Origin: Pavona decussata
Lineage: Eukaryota
Assembly: GCA_977016875.1 (NCBI GenBank)
Contig: CDRNST010000318.1
Location: forward strand, 248,001-312,000
Direction of reading: 5' to 3'
DNA length: 64,000 bases
The stretch's first letter is position 1, and each line of letters begins with the position of its first letter. The position numbers were made by a program, and so were the translations under genes. Under the pieces are notes generated by a model that was given only the letters and a program-made list of their open reading frames with translations, was not told where the DNA came from and ran no database searches. This document shows positions 45,626 to 58,380 of the stretch, one piece after another.

Positions 45626-46575
45626 TATAAAAAAATGGAAACAACATTTCCTTGTTGCAGGCAAAGTAGCCAAATAAATTCAACATGTGTTTCTCACATG
45701 AAACAACAAAAAGAGTTTACAGTCACCTTCTCTTTTAATTTATTGGATAACAGGACAATGCGTGTACGCGTGCGTAACGCTATAACTTTATTGTTAAAAC
45801 TCGTTAGTAAAGTAAAGAAAAATTAAACTTTATTAAGCCAGGGTGGCCCATTCAGCTACATGGCTGTTATCCAGAGGGGCCCTGGTAATAAAACGTGACA
45901 ATAAATATAAATTAATTTAAATACTAAGAAAAACTGACTTGTGCTGTCTCACTTGCAAATGTTAGAAACGATGAGTTTTAATAAAAAGTTTAAAAGAAGA
46001 AAGCGATTCTGCTCGTTCCGTGTAACACTGCGCTAACATTGAGCGCGAAGGCCTGTGAACGCTTTTAACCTGTGACAATTTTCAAGAAGCAATTTGTTGA
46101 AGCATTACATTGCCTTATTTTTAATCTGTCTTTTAAACAGTTCAAAAACTTGCAACACCTTGTAGGTTGCGTTCAAAGTATGTCGTCGCACTAAGTTGCG
46201 TTAAAAATTGTTCAGTGTCACACCTTATTTAAGTCGATAGTCGCGGCCAACTTCAAAAGTTCTTTCACAACTTAATTAGGTCGGTCTAGAGAGCTTTGCT
46301 GGTTGTGTTTAGTCGGACGGGATTTCGTTCCGTTGTAACTGATATTCCGTGTGCTCTGTTTTGAACACATTCATAAACCAAAGAATAATCCCAAACGAAT
46401 GCCAGCGCTCTTTTACGAACAACCCATGGTCCCTGGGAACGAGTGTTTCTACTCCTCACGCGCGCATGCGTATAAAATGTGATTGTGACGTTGCCATTCA
46501 CTTTATTATTTTTCGCAGACCAATCATGTACAACATGTGAGTGTTTTGCAAAAAGAGAAAAGTCGAGTATTCGAA

Positions 46576-48871
46576 ATGAAATTTAAAACTGCACTTACAG
46601 CAGTTTTGCTTGTGCTTTCAATCGTAGATCTTGTCGCTGCGCCAAAAGGTAAGATTTTAGTCAATTTTGATGTTTTTTTCTTATTTTTCACTTTTTCTCT
46701 GTTACTGGTCACACTTTGAAGTTTTTTTTAAAGAGAATCTCAGAAATATCTATTTCTTTTATTAGCAACAACTGCATGTCTTCTCGCAACAAATCTTGCA
46801 ATTTTCTTTAGTTACAAAAGAATAGAAAAACCAAGTACAGCCCTAAAGACGGAATAATTTATTTTTTGGCAGTAAATTTTAAAACCTTTGCTTCATTCTT
46901 CGAAGAAGAAAACAAATCTTAGTTGCCATGGTAGTTCGAAGGCGTATTTTGCGCGCGCATTCTTTTTTATTTCTGGTTTGACTTGAAACGCGCACTGTAA
47001 CTATGACTTTGGACAGTAATCGGCCAATCCTCTTTTTATCCATTCGGTTGAACTTTTGCTAAAACAAGGAGAAGAAACATGTAGTATAATGACGTGTAGT
47101 TTATTTTTATTTCGTTTATGAGTAGTTCGCTGCTTTCTACAGCTGATATTATAAGGCATTCCAGTTTATAACGGATTCCCTGTTCTATTTTTTGCAGGTA
47201 ACCCTGGTGGCGTAAAGAAACAGCAAAATCGTCTTGCTAAAGATTTAAACGAGAACGAGTTACCGGTAGCTGGGAGCCGCTGGACTAGGAAGGTTTGAGA
47301 ATTTATAAATGTTTACTTTCGTGCTATAATGTATTTCGCAACCATTTGCTGCTTCGTTCTGGCGGGATGTTTGCGCGCCCACAAGAGAAACGTTTAATAT
47401 AAAGAAAAAATCATGCAGAAAGTCGAAGATTAAGGTCTCTATCAAAAGCCATATTCTCCTTACAGTACAAATTCGAAAACTATGAACACTTTTAATAGAC
47501 TTTGAAGTAATTATAGGAAAAAAAGTAGAAGACGAATTGTTTGTGGAAAGAAAGGGTATATAGCAAAGTGGCTCCATACTCAGAGAGTTTGTTTGCGTTT
47601 CCTGCGATTTGAGAATTTGTATTCGCGGTGGCTTCAATAAGTACTAGCCACACAACAATGATATATCGATGTGTTCAGTTTACACTTATTCGATTCACAT
47701 CGTAAAGAATTAAGGGATTTAAAACACCAAAAGCAGTAGTAATAGTTTCAATCTTAGTTAATGGAAAACTTAAACATTTGTAAAGTAGTAACTTTGTTTA
47801 GATGTGTTTTTGTCCTTAATTTAATCAACCTTTATAAATTATATACATTTTTCATTTGATGGTAACAAGGCCTGGCAAAATTATAGTCAATAAAGTAAAG
47901 GGGTTAGTTTCTGAAGAAACTGCGGTGCTGCGTCGGTGAAACGAATGTAGTTTGGTTTATCACTAAAGGTAAATTGGCCCAATGAAGAGAGCATTCTAAT
48001 CTCTTTACGGTGGCCAATTTTCCTTTAGTTATTAACTCTGTTGATAAACCAAACATTCATTTATGGCCAATTAAGGTTTTAATGTCGATTTATGTCTTCT
48101 CTATAAATGTTTTTTTAGACCAACAAGGTCGTAAAAGCCTGTCCCCAAAATGCGGCGCGTTGCCAGGGCAACAACGAAAACAGCATCAACATTTTGACGC
48201 AGGCATGGACCACGTGTTATGATTATGCCTCGAGATTGGCTAGCTGGATTCTGGAGGGAGTGATACGACCAGGAAGTAAGATCATTAATTTTACCGGTAA
48301 AATGGCTGGAGGAGTCTACAGTGGAATGACCCAGTGGCTTTCTGTGTCTAATTGGGGTAAGTACAATACAAATACGATTGGGGTAATGTGAGCTGCTTGA
48401 TCGACTGGTCTTGGAGATTTGTCCATGATAGCACAATATGGCTTAAGGCTTTGGCCTGTGCTGGGTGGAAATTCTTGACTGGATGGATTTGCCACAACAC
48501 TCGTAAGAATTTTCTTTTCTCCAACGGCGTAGTGACTACAACGTTAGAGAAATTCTTACGAGCCTTTGCGACTTTGTCTTTAAGAGTAAGTGCAAATAAA
48601 CGTACATGTGTTCTCAGTTCTCTTTGATGTTGTCGTAGATACTCAGCTGCAAGTTCTGTTACTGAAATTTTTGCTATTTCATTTAACAGGTCAATTCTGT
48701 GATGGTGTTTTTAGCTTGAAGGATACCTTGGTCATATTTTTCGTCGTCAATTTGGCTATCGTTAGCGTTTGCTTGTTGGTGGAGGTCATTGTAAGTATCA
48801 GTCTCGGTATCAATCGGGTGGGGATAGAAAACGGTTGGAATGTGACAGAAATTTTGAGGCGGCATTCATAA
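46576..48871 (+). CDS. Orphan signal-peptide, single-TM protein, 4 exons (46576-46648, 47198-47292, 48119-48356, 48690-48871), about 195 aa; 3' end uncertain
   Basis: TATAAA at 46471; MKFKTALTAVLLVLSIVDLVAA signal peptide; three phase-consistent GT-AG introns; hydrophobic LVIFFVVNLAIVSVCLLV segment. An alternative donor exists at 48791. Confidence 0.65.
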
Positions 48872-48892
48872 ATATACATGTACATACATGCT

Positions 48893-49067
48893 TAGCCTGC
48901 AGAACAGGCGTTATTTTTTGCTTTTTCAGGCGTGTGGAGGGAAGCGCGAGTCATGCACGACGGAAGGGGCGCGAAAAAAATAACGCGCTCCTCCCGTCGT
49001 ACATGACTCGCGCTTGCCTCCACTCGCCTGAAAAACGCCAAAACAATAACGCCTGTTCTACAGGCTA
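48893..49067. mobile_element. Palindromic MITE (related copy at about 61612-61775)
   Basis: tagcctgcagaacaggcgttatt ... aataacgcctgttctacaggcta. Confidence 0.8.
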
Positions 49068-49700
49068 ATGCGAGCTTTATTCAGGATGCAGATATTACAG
49101 GACTATATGTACAAATAAAACATAAGAATTTAGAAAAGAAGACATGTTGAAAAGGAAGTTAAGAGGTTAACCCTACAGTGTAAAAACTGCCCCCAAAAAA
49201 CTGGTTACATTTTGGTGCAAATGGGATTGACGGTAACATATTATCCTTTGCGTGCGACCGCGTTAACAGTTGCTTCGTGTGGAGAATAGGATAAACGGAT
49301 CTGGGGCAGGCCTAGAGAAGGCTATCGAGAAGTGACGCTCCAGGCTCACAATGCTGACCCACGCTTTGTCCCCTTGTTCCTCGTGATTTTCCGCGCTTTT
49401 GCCGTTTTGAAAAACTTCTTGCAAGTCTTAAAAGGGGCTGTCTTTTAATCCAGAATGCGGAAAGTGTTGAAGCCGTTGTTTAACAAACGCTAAATGAACT
49501 ACTGCTCAACCACATGGGCCAGATACGGAACATAGTAATGCACATTTGATAAGGATCGTTGTCGCTTCCGCGATTTTGCGAACCGTGATCAGCGGCCTTA
49601 CCCATTAGCATGTGTAACCAAGCTTCGAGCCACGTCGAATACTTTGACCAAATGATTTACGACTTTTCCTTGTTGTAACCTCTAGATTTCTCCAAGGACG

Positions 49701-52700
49701 ATGGCGTTCACGACTCTAGAAACGACGAACTTCCCCCTTTATGCTGTAAATGCTTTGGACCGGGAGCATTTTTTGATCGCCGGCGGTGGAGGTGCAGCGA
49801 AGACCGGTGTTCCAAATGCTTTGGTTTGTATTCAGTGTTTTCACTGTGTTGTCCAAATATTTTCCTCTCCTTGGTGTTCCAAGTTGTCTGTAGTTACCTG
49901 TCTGTGGCACAGCCTCTTATTTTATAAACCTTGCGAGATGAACAAAGGCAGTTGCTTTTGAACGAGATGTTTTGTTTGCCTGATACAGGTGTACAGTACT
50001 TTCCTCTGTCAAATTAAATCAGCTGTGTGGTGATTTCAAGTCAAACTTCGACTTGTTTACACAAGTGTTTCAGTCTTTCACTACTTATAGAAGTAAAGTG
50101 TTAATCGTAGATTTATGTATCTAAAAGAAACGATTTTCCTTCCAGGGGCACGCTCTAGATCTAATTAACTGAGTTCATTTTTCTAATAAAATGAAGGTAT
50201 TTAAATTGCACCGACTCGCACCCTTTTAATCTTTAAATGTCCCAACCACGATCAGCTTCTTGTTTTGCTTTAAACAATAAACATATGCATGATCAAACTT
50301 ACCAGTCACGAGAATAAAGGAAATGATCAGTATAAACAATGGTCGCCACAGTAGATGTTAAAACATTTTCTTCCGACCACAGCATTAAGGGATGTATGGA
50401 CATCCATAAGGAGAATTTGTACGTTGATAATTAGGCTTAACAGGGTTATCAGAGTTCAAAAGATCGTCAGAAGGTCTTTCATCATGGTGCTATGTAGTAG
50501 TTTCACTTGTTTTAACATTTTTGATCAAGCATGTACATATATTGTTTCAGGGAAAGCAGGGATGGCACAGTGGTGAAAGCACTCTCCTCCCACCAAGGAG
50601 GCCCGGGTCAGTTTCCACACTCAGAGTCATGTGATTTGAGTTTGTTGTTGGTTCTCGTCCTTGCTATGACAGTTTTTTCTCTGGGTACTCCAGTTTTCCC
50701 CTCCTTAAAAACCAACATTTCCAAATTCCAATTCAATCTGGAGAGTGTCACCAATTAGTGCTCTGCGCTAGTATACCTTGACACTAAACAAAGTGATATT
50801 CTGTTTTGTATTCAAGATGTTTGTTTTAATTTCAGAACATTTACAAGCTTGGCAGAGATGGTAAAAGTCTCAAAGCCACCCAAGTGCACAACTTTGAGGC
50901 AGGAAGAAGACCGATCATGAACTGCGCAATACACCCGACGTCAAACATACTAGCAGTTGGAATGGACAATAAATGTCAATTACTTGAAGTGGACATCAAG
51001 GAAGAAGTGCGGAACACTGCAAAAATAAAGGGGAAAAACAAAGTTGTAATTAAAGAAAAGACAAAGAAATTTGTAGTAAATGAATTGCAATCTAAAGTGA
51101 CAGTTAGTGCAGAAGACGGTGATGAAAAGGATGATGACGTTGGATTTCAAAAAGTCGTGCGATTCACAGCAGATGGAAATTATATTGTTACAGGTGGCTC
51201 AGATGGTCACGTCAGGGTTCTTAAGGTAATTTCAAGTTTAAAATGTCATTTCTCCTTCACTTACTATTCAATGCTTTAATAACTGTTTGATGCAGTCAAA
51301 GCCTGTTGTTATTAATAGATGGACATGAATGAGCAAATACTGGCATGATAAAAATAATGATGGATGTACTCTAGGTATCACCCCTCAGTAGTTTTATGTT
51401 CCCTGCCGGGTTTGTTTTCTGTGCCAGTAAAGATGGCAGATCATTGCACTCAGCCACCACATGGGAAATAGACCTCTGGACAGTCTTGAGAATTGTCATG
51501 TATTATCTAAAATTAATTTCAATTTTAGCTGTGCATTGCATGTGTTTGTGTTATTCTGGAATAACAACTTGTAATTAAACACAAGGTTATTTACTTCATT
51601 TTTGTCAATGTTTTGTTTAGTATCCTTCCCTTGAATGTGCTCATGACATAACGGCACACACAACAGATGTTGATGACCTTGATGTACATCCAAACTCAAA
51701 TCAGGTAAGATCTATTGGCTGGCTATGTACATATCCTTATTGTGATAAGTGCATTTTGATCCTGACTTTGACTGAGTTGTCAAAATACTTAGAGTAATTT
51801 TCAATTGAGTGTCCTAAAACCAGAACCAAAATAATTACTCTGGCCATTCATAACATTATTGTAATGAATGCATTGAACCAAGCAGAATTCGAAACAAATG
51901 CATGTAACCAGCGTCAAGCACAGGAAAACATCTGCAAGCAAGTCATGATTGATTTTGGTTTTGCTTCTCATTGGTTGACAGATTGGCAGAAGTTTTGCCG
52001 ACCAATCACAGAGCATAGTAGAGCAAAACCAAAGCAAACATGCAATTACTTTTAACAATCAATTGAAAAGCACTCTTTAACTTACTTGCAATACATGTAG
52101 ATGTGTTCATATCAAGGTAATATCACTATGATTCTAATGAAGAATTTGGTGTCACATCAAGTTTGTTTTTACTATGTGATTGAATAGAACCTACACAGGT
52201 CATAGGTACAGATTTCAGATTTCACATTCTTTCATTTATGCACTATTTCAAAAGTTTACTACAAAAGGAAATTACAATGCACCACAAAAGTAACATAAAG
52301 ACAACATTGAATTACATAAATATCAAAGGTAAAATGTGTGCAGTGACCAAAGGAGCTTAGGCTTTCGAGTCGGTCACTGCCACGTGCAGCTAACTGGCGT
52401 ATAACGTGCAACTAAAAAGTAGAACGAAACAAAAGACAAGAATAATAAGGGTGCATAGAATCATACTACAATTTTTACATAAAAAACAATAGAAATGATA
52501 ATTAATACGTACATGTATGTCAGATTAGTCCTTGATTGTAATTCCTTGCTTAGATTTCAACTGGAGTAATTTTCTTCCTTCCTTATTTTAGTTTGTAACT
52601 TGCTCAAGGGATACAACAGCATATGTTTGGAGATTACAAGAAGGCAAGAAGCAATTCCAGCTGCATTTTTCTGTTAATGATGAAGACAATTTCTTCAGAA

Positions 52701-54357
52701 TAAGAGCTTGCAGGTATGCAAAATAATGTAATTCTGAGTCAAATTAATGGGGATAGGGAAAGGGGTTGTGCACACTCTTGTCACATCGGTTTTATCATCA
52801 TCAAATTTTGTTTTATTCCTGTAGGTTTGGTTGTAATGAGAAACGAGAAGTTAATCTTTTCACAATAAATGTACCAGCCAAGTTCAACAGGAAAACGCCA
52901 ACACCATCATATTTAGTGAAATGGGATTGCTCAAAATGGCTGCCGTCAATGAGCCAAGCTGCTGGTATAGAACCTCTCACACAAATGGCTGTCAGGTATG
53001 CATTGATCAACATGTAGTTTATCATTATAGTTCTTCAATAGGCTTGATAGGGCCTTCAGTGTGTCAACACCTGTAGACCATGTCCAGGGCTCCACTAGTT
53101 ATATCAGGAATTCAGTTTTGCAAGGCTAAAAAAAGGAACAACTGATTGGAATAATTGTGATGGTATATTTTAAGCCTGGTGAATGAATGAATGAATGATT
53201 TATTATTCAGTGACTGACACAGGCATAGTCGGTAAAAGAAAATCCAATTTCTCCTAACAGGAGTCAAACCTAACACCTCTCGATTTCTAGTTCGGATGCT
53301 CTACTACTGAGCTACAGGGGAACGTGGGAGCTAAGGCCATTAAACTAGGTTCATGGGACAAACATCCTGCATACTGCTAGGATTGGAATGTTAATGTGTG
53401 GTATGTGTGCAATGGAATAAACGTAATGGTATATGAACTGATTGTTCAATATTAGTGGTGTCTGCATGTGTGTATGTTTGACAGTGGAAGTTCCCATATT
53501 TTACTACAAAACTCAGAGGTGATGAGAAGCAGAAGTGATTAAGGTCTATAAATTTGACCTCTAATTTTTGCTCTTTAATACTTTCACAGCGGTAACGGAA
53601 CTTTTATTGGTGTCGGGACAGCTGAAGGTGACATTTCTTTGTTCATTGCTTGGAATCTTGCAGTAAGTATTAACTATCTAGGCTTTTTTTTTTCGTTGAA
53701 GGAATTTGGAGTGCAAAAACTTGACAGATAAATACATCATTTTGGCTCAAATCAAAATAAAGTGGCTCAGATATGATCGATACTACCTGCACATACTAAA
53801 ATGTAATTTGTTTTGTTTTCTCATCAGCCCCTGACTACCCTAAAGGGTGTTCACAACATCTTTGTGACTGGATTAGAATTTCTTCCTGACTCTCCACTGG
53901 TGAATGACCAACTTCACAATGAGTTTGCACTTCTCAGCATATCAGCAGACAATGCTTGCAAAGTAACTACTCTCAAGAGAAGAAGTATGTATGATCATGT
54001 ATCAAGTTTAGTTTTATGTATTAAGTTTTTATTTCCAGTTAGTAAATGTACCACAAGTGAAAGTAATCCGAGTTGGATCCGCTCTGATGAAGGACTAACG
54101 CTCGGAAAAGTCAGCACTCGAATCTCTTTATCAATTATGGTGGACAAATTTCCTTTAGTTATCAACTCCGTCTATAAACCAAACATTCGTTACAGACTGA
54201 CTAGTCTGAGCCAGCCATTTACGAAAAATTGGAAAGCACCCCTGCAGTGGACTTCATACTTTTTCATTTCAACCAAGCTAGAACATTTTGGACTGAAAAT
54301 AAATTGGCCCAGTTGCTCGAAGCATGGTTAGCGCTAACCTGGGTTAAATACCATGAC

Positions 54358-54394
<37 letters not shown>

Positions 54395-54604
54395 CGCTAA
54401 CCATGCTTCGAGCAACTCAGCCCTGCAGATTATTTTATAGGTCGCCTAAAAGTATCAATGCCCCCTTAATCCATACTCCTTGTGCTAATATGCTATATGC
54501 ATTGTTTTGTAGATGAATACAGCTTGTGGTGGATTCTTGTAGGATTTCTGGGCTTGCTGTACCTGATCGTGATGGCACTAGCTTATGCTGGCTTTGATTT
54601 ATAG
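49701..54604 (+). CDS. PREB: SEC12/PREB Sar1 guanine-nucleotide exchange factor, 8 exons (49701-49823, 50836-51225, 51621-51704, 52592-52713, 52825-52995, 53590-53662, 53828-53984, 54513-54604), about 403 aa
   Basis: K-loop FPLYA...AGGGGAAKTGVPN, WD40 motifs, HNIFVTGLEF, SISADN and a C-terminal TM helix; all introns GT-AG and in phase. Confidence 0.95.
50549..50795 (+). mobile_element. tRNA-derived SINE in SEC12 intron 1
   Basis: A box tggcacagtgg, degenerate B box, core tctgggtactccagttttcccctct and tail tccaaattccaattc. Confidence 0.75.
51791..52076. mobile_element. MITE-like repeat (partial relative at about 43000-43220)
   Basis: agagtaattttcaattga ... tcaattgaaaagcactct imperfect TIR. 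Confidence 0.6.
54306..54423. mobile_element. Short palindromic MITE (relatives at 34043-34260 and 63105-63342)
   Basis: agttgctcgaagcatggttagcgctaacc ... ggttagcgctaaccatgcttcgagcaact. Confidence 0.8.
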
Positions 54605-57600
54605 ATAAATTTACCCTATATTAAGAAAATAATAAATCATGTAAGAACAGTTAAAATAATATTCTGATGCAATTTTCTTAGACTCTATCACTGAAGAACG
54701 GCATTTTCAAATTACCACTAGTGTCCAGATAAATTTTCATCAGCATATACTTTACGTTGTAAATATAATAAAATAACTTATGGTCAATATGTGATCCAAT
54801 AGCAGACATAAATATGTGTTAGCAGATGAATGTGCAATGTATTTTATTTTTCCTCTCAAGTGACTAAAGGAGATGGAAATAAAATTATTTATTTGCAAGT
54901 CTTAGTGTGGATAGTTTGTAAGTAAAGATCGAACTGCACCAATCACCACCAACCGCGATATTATGGGTTCAGTTTAACATACACTAAAGAGTTAATTCTC
55001 TGGTCCATCATTTGGTTTTTGGTCACTCTCAGAGGACTTACATGACGGTGTTTCAGAACGTACAAAAGTTGAACATGACCGCGTCCCTATTCGAACGCGT
55101 GCTCAAAACCAAGTCAGTAGAAAATTGGCCAATCATATGAGATGGATTATTTTTAAAAAGTAACGAAAGTAGAGCTAAACAGAACTCAATCATCGGACCG
55201 AAAGCGAATTCTAAGCGTGAGTTTGTCTTGCCCGGGTTAACAACAAAGCGTAATCAGTACAGATTACCAAGGCAATTGTCGTATTATATACGGTGAAATA
55301 AAAGGCATAGAGTTAATTATATGTGCGATATCTGGAATCTTTTTTCATGGTAAGAAATCCAGTGAGGGAGAAAAACTTTTGACCTTCGCCATTGTGAGGA
55401 TCTTTAACTACGGCCTTTTTGTAGGAAGATCGATGGGATCTCTGCTCGCAGGGTAATCTTTAATCCACTTAAAAAAAGTTCAGTTCTTTTCAAATAAATG
55501 CGAATGAAAAGAATTTGATTCCAACGAACTGGCACTTGTGTTTGTAAAGGCTATTTCCGACATATACACAAGGGTTTTCACTGGTAAATGAAAGGAAAAG
55601 ATCAACAACGACTCTGCATTGTACATAGCCATTGAGCCTCAAAGGTACTTCTTTCCTTGTCGTAGTATGATATCGTATGCAATTAAATGTTGAGTGCGGA
55701 ATAAGCCTATAGCTAATTGGTAGGAACAACGAATGGTTGTTCAGTTCATTCGACGAAGTTGTCTTTTTATAATATAAATACTGCTGTTTCACGAACTTAA
55801 ATTCATCTCTAATTTACAAACGCTGAAAATCATTCATTTCTGACATTGTTCATTGGTAAATTCACACCAAACCTGGTTTTCTCTGGGTACAATTCAAAGC
55901 GTAGAGCCAGCCAAGTTGGAATCGTTCTCCCAGAGAGTAGCATGATTGGAAAAAAAATTATGCTTACATCATTTTTTGCCACAATGTTTTCGAAACGTGC
56001 TCTGGTTGTTTGCCTTTACAGAATACTTTGGATAAGATCAGTAAACGTAAAACGTTAGCCTACGTGATAACATCTATAAAAATAGCTTTCTATTCATTTG
56101 GCAAGCGTAAAAGATTTATTTGGTTTCACAGATTACCAAACCGCGATTCCTAAGTTTAGCATGTGTGCTAGCGATCTGGGAAAATATTCCGTTCTTCGAA
56201 CGAAGTTTGCGTTCTGCGGTTGCACAGTACAGAGATGATTGATGGCGGCCAGATGGGTTTCAACCGCAACGAAGCAAGTGTGTACAAGATGACGGTGTTT
56301 CGATTTTTGCCAACGCAGTTCATACGTGGCAGTTGAATGCGTCAAGCAGCAGAGTTAAAAATAATGAATCGCACATGCGCAATGACAAGTAAACATTTTA
56401 AACTGGTTAACTGGAATGTAACAATTAAGGCAGTAATGTAACCACGGTCATCCATCGAGCAACAAAAATAATTCAATTGTTCTTTCTTTTGTTCCTGATG
56501 AGATCGTTTGATGGAAAGCCAAAGCCATATTTGTCGAAACTAACAAAGTTTGATCTGTCCGGAATTCTTTAGCTGTTTAGTCGCAGAAAGTTTTATGAAT
56601 GGAATCTTTATTCGTTGATGTTGTCTCACCGAAACTGCTAGCTACTCCTGTTTCACGGCTTTAAACGGCATTTTTGTCCTCCTGAAAACTACAAGAATTA
56701 TTGTTGCAGTTGTACAAAAGTTCGAGGTGACATTTTACTGAAGAAAAATCCAGTTTCCTATCAGCATTTAGTTAGGATTTCTCAGGTAGTGAAGGCCTTT
56801 TAAACAGATAATCCATCGAAACGAACGGTTGGGTGCCTCTGATGTAACCAACAGTGAAAAAAAAAAAACTAGTTTAATAATAGAACACAAACTAATTCCG
56901 CATGCAAAGGAATTATTTTGGGATTTTGGGGATTTTCTTAAGTGTAATGAAAAGACATGTAAGGCGAGGGGAGAATCGCCGCCGCTTAATTGTGTGGTTG
57001 CTTTTGTTTAAGGACATAAAAAGAGAGAGTAAAATTAAATTGCACTTATAGTCAGTTGTAATGCTGATTTCTGAGGATTTGTTCCATAACCAATTACTGC
57101 AAATATTTCTTCGTAACATCTTGGAAGACAAAAACAACATCTCAGAAAGTCATTTAATTCCATGAAATGAATGTTCTAATTGTGCTCAGATGTGGATATT
57201 TAATTTGGTGGACAAAACATTTCAGATAAAATGAAAACAACAACAACAACAACAAAATGGTGAATTTTTCTGCTTAAAAGGTAACTTGTTAAATATTGGC
57301 GACCAAAATAATTGGGCGATTTGGTGAAACATTTTCTCAGCAGTTGATTTGGAACGTAACGACTCAGCGTCCAGCGAAATTGTGCTTTTCGTTATTTGCG
57401 GATATTTTTGAGTTAAAAGGTGAATTACTGGAAAAAAAAGAGAATTTCTTTCTCCACCTGGTAGCAAAGATAACGATAAAATGATTGTTATTTTTCATTC
57501 ACCAATTCCCCCTCTTTACAACGAACACGACTCTTTCCAAAACGTGAATTGTTCATTTTGAGATTTGAAAATAACTGTCGAGTGCTAGTGTAAATACGTC

Positions 57601-58380
57601 AGTCGTTAGTTTAGTAAATATCTCTGCGGGGGTATGGATTTCTCAATAGAATTGATCAGAATTTGTTATTTATTTGTTTACGTAAGGCGTAATTTGCCAG
57701 ACCTAATTAAGTGAGATGCCCCAAGTTTAGAAAATCCACATTTTAAATATCTTCCGCTTAACTTTTGAGCCTCATTGTAAAACGCGTTTATGGTTCCTAC
57801 AAGGAACAGAAAAAGTCCTCAAGAAATGAATAAAACCAAATAATGATTTCCTTATCGATTGCGATAGCCTTTTTCACCTGAGAATTCCTGTTCAAACCAC
57901 TCGAATATTGTTTGCCCATCTGTCTCATATTGGTCCAAAAAATGTGCATTTTGACAGTAAACTTCTATCCAAATACGCGTTTTCTTGTGTAGGGTTTCTT
58001 GAAGTTTTGTTTCATCACGAACAAGAAGACTAAAAATATTTCATAAGGTCAAAGCGAAGAGTAAAGTTTATTTTATGTTCGCAGAACTGCCTTATCACAC
58101 AATGGCGAGGCCTTGTGGTTTTATCACAAGCGTAAAAGTCGCTTTATTACGCACATGTCGCATTGCGTGAATTGAAATTCCTTGATGCAATCATCAATTA
58201 TTCAAGAAATAAAAAACTAGATATAAAGAAAGCTAAAATTCTCTGTTTTTAAAAGTTCTAGTGCTCGTTTCCTTCTAAATAGGCGCGAGGAACTTGTTTT
58301 ACTCAACAAAATTTCCCAAAAGTTGTTACTTGTACGAGGGTGGACTAAAAGGGATTGAAAACTCCCCTTGTCTACACAAA

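Noticed and set aside
53245-53345. tRNA genes (also at 27615 and 50549)
   Set aside because: Degenerate A/B boxes with no full cloverleaf and repeat-like tails indicate SINE relics.
58294-58380. ORF-track N-terminal extension of the neuropeptide precursor
   Set aside because: It starts at TTG; the signal peptide begins at ATG 58381.
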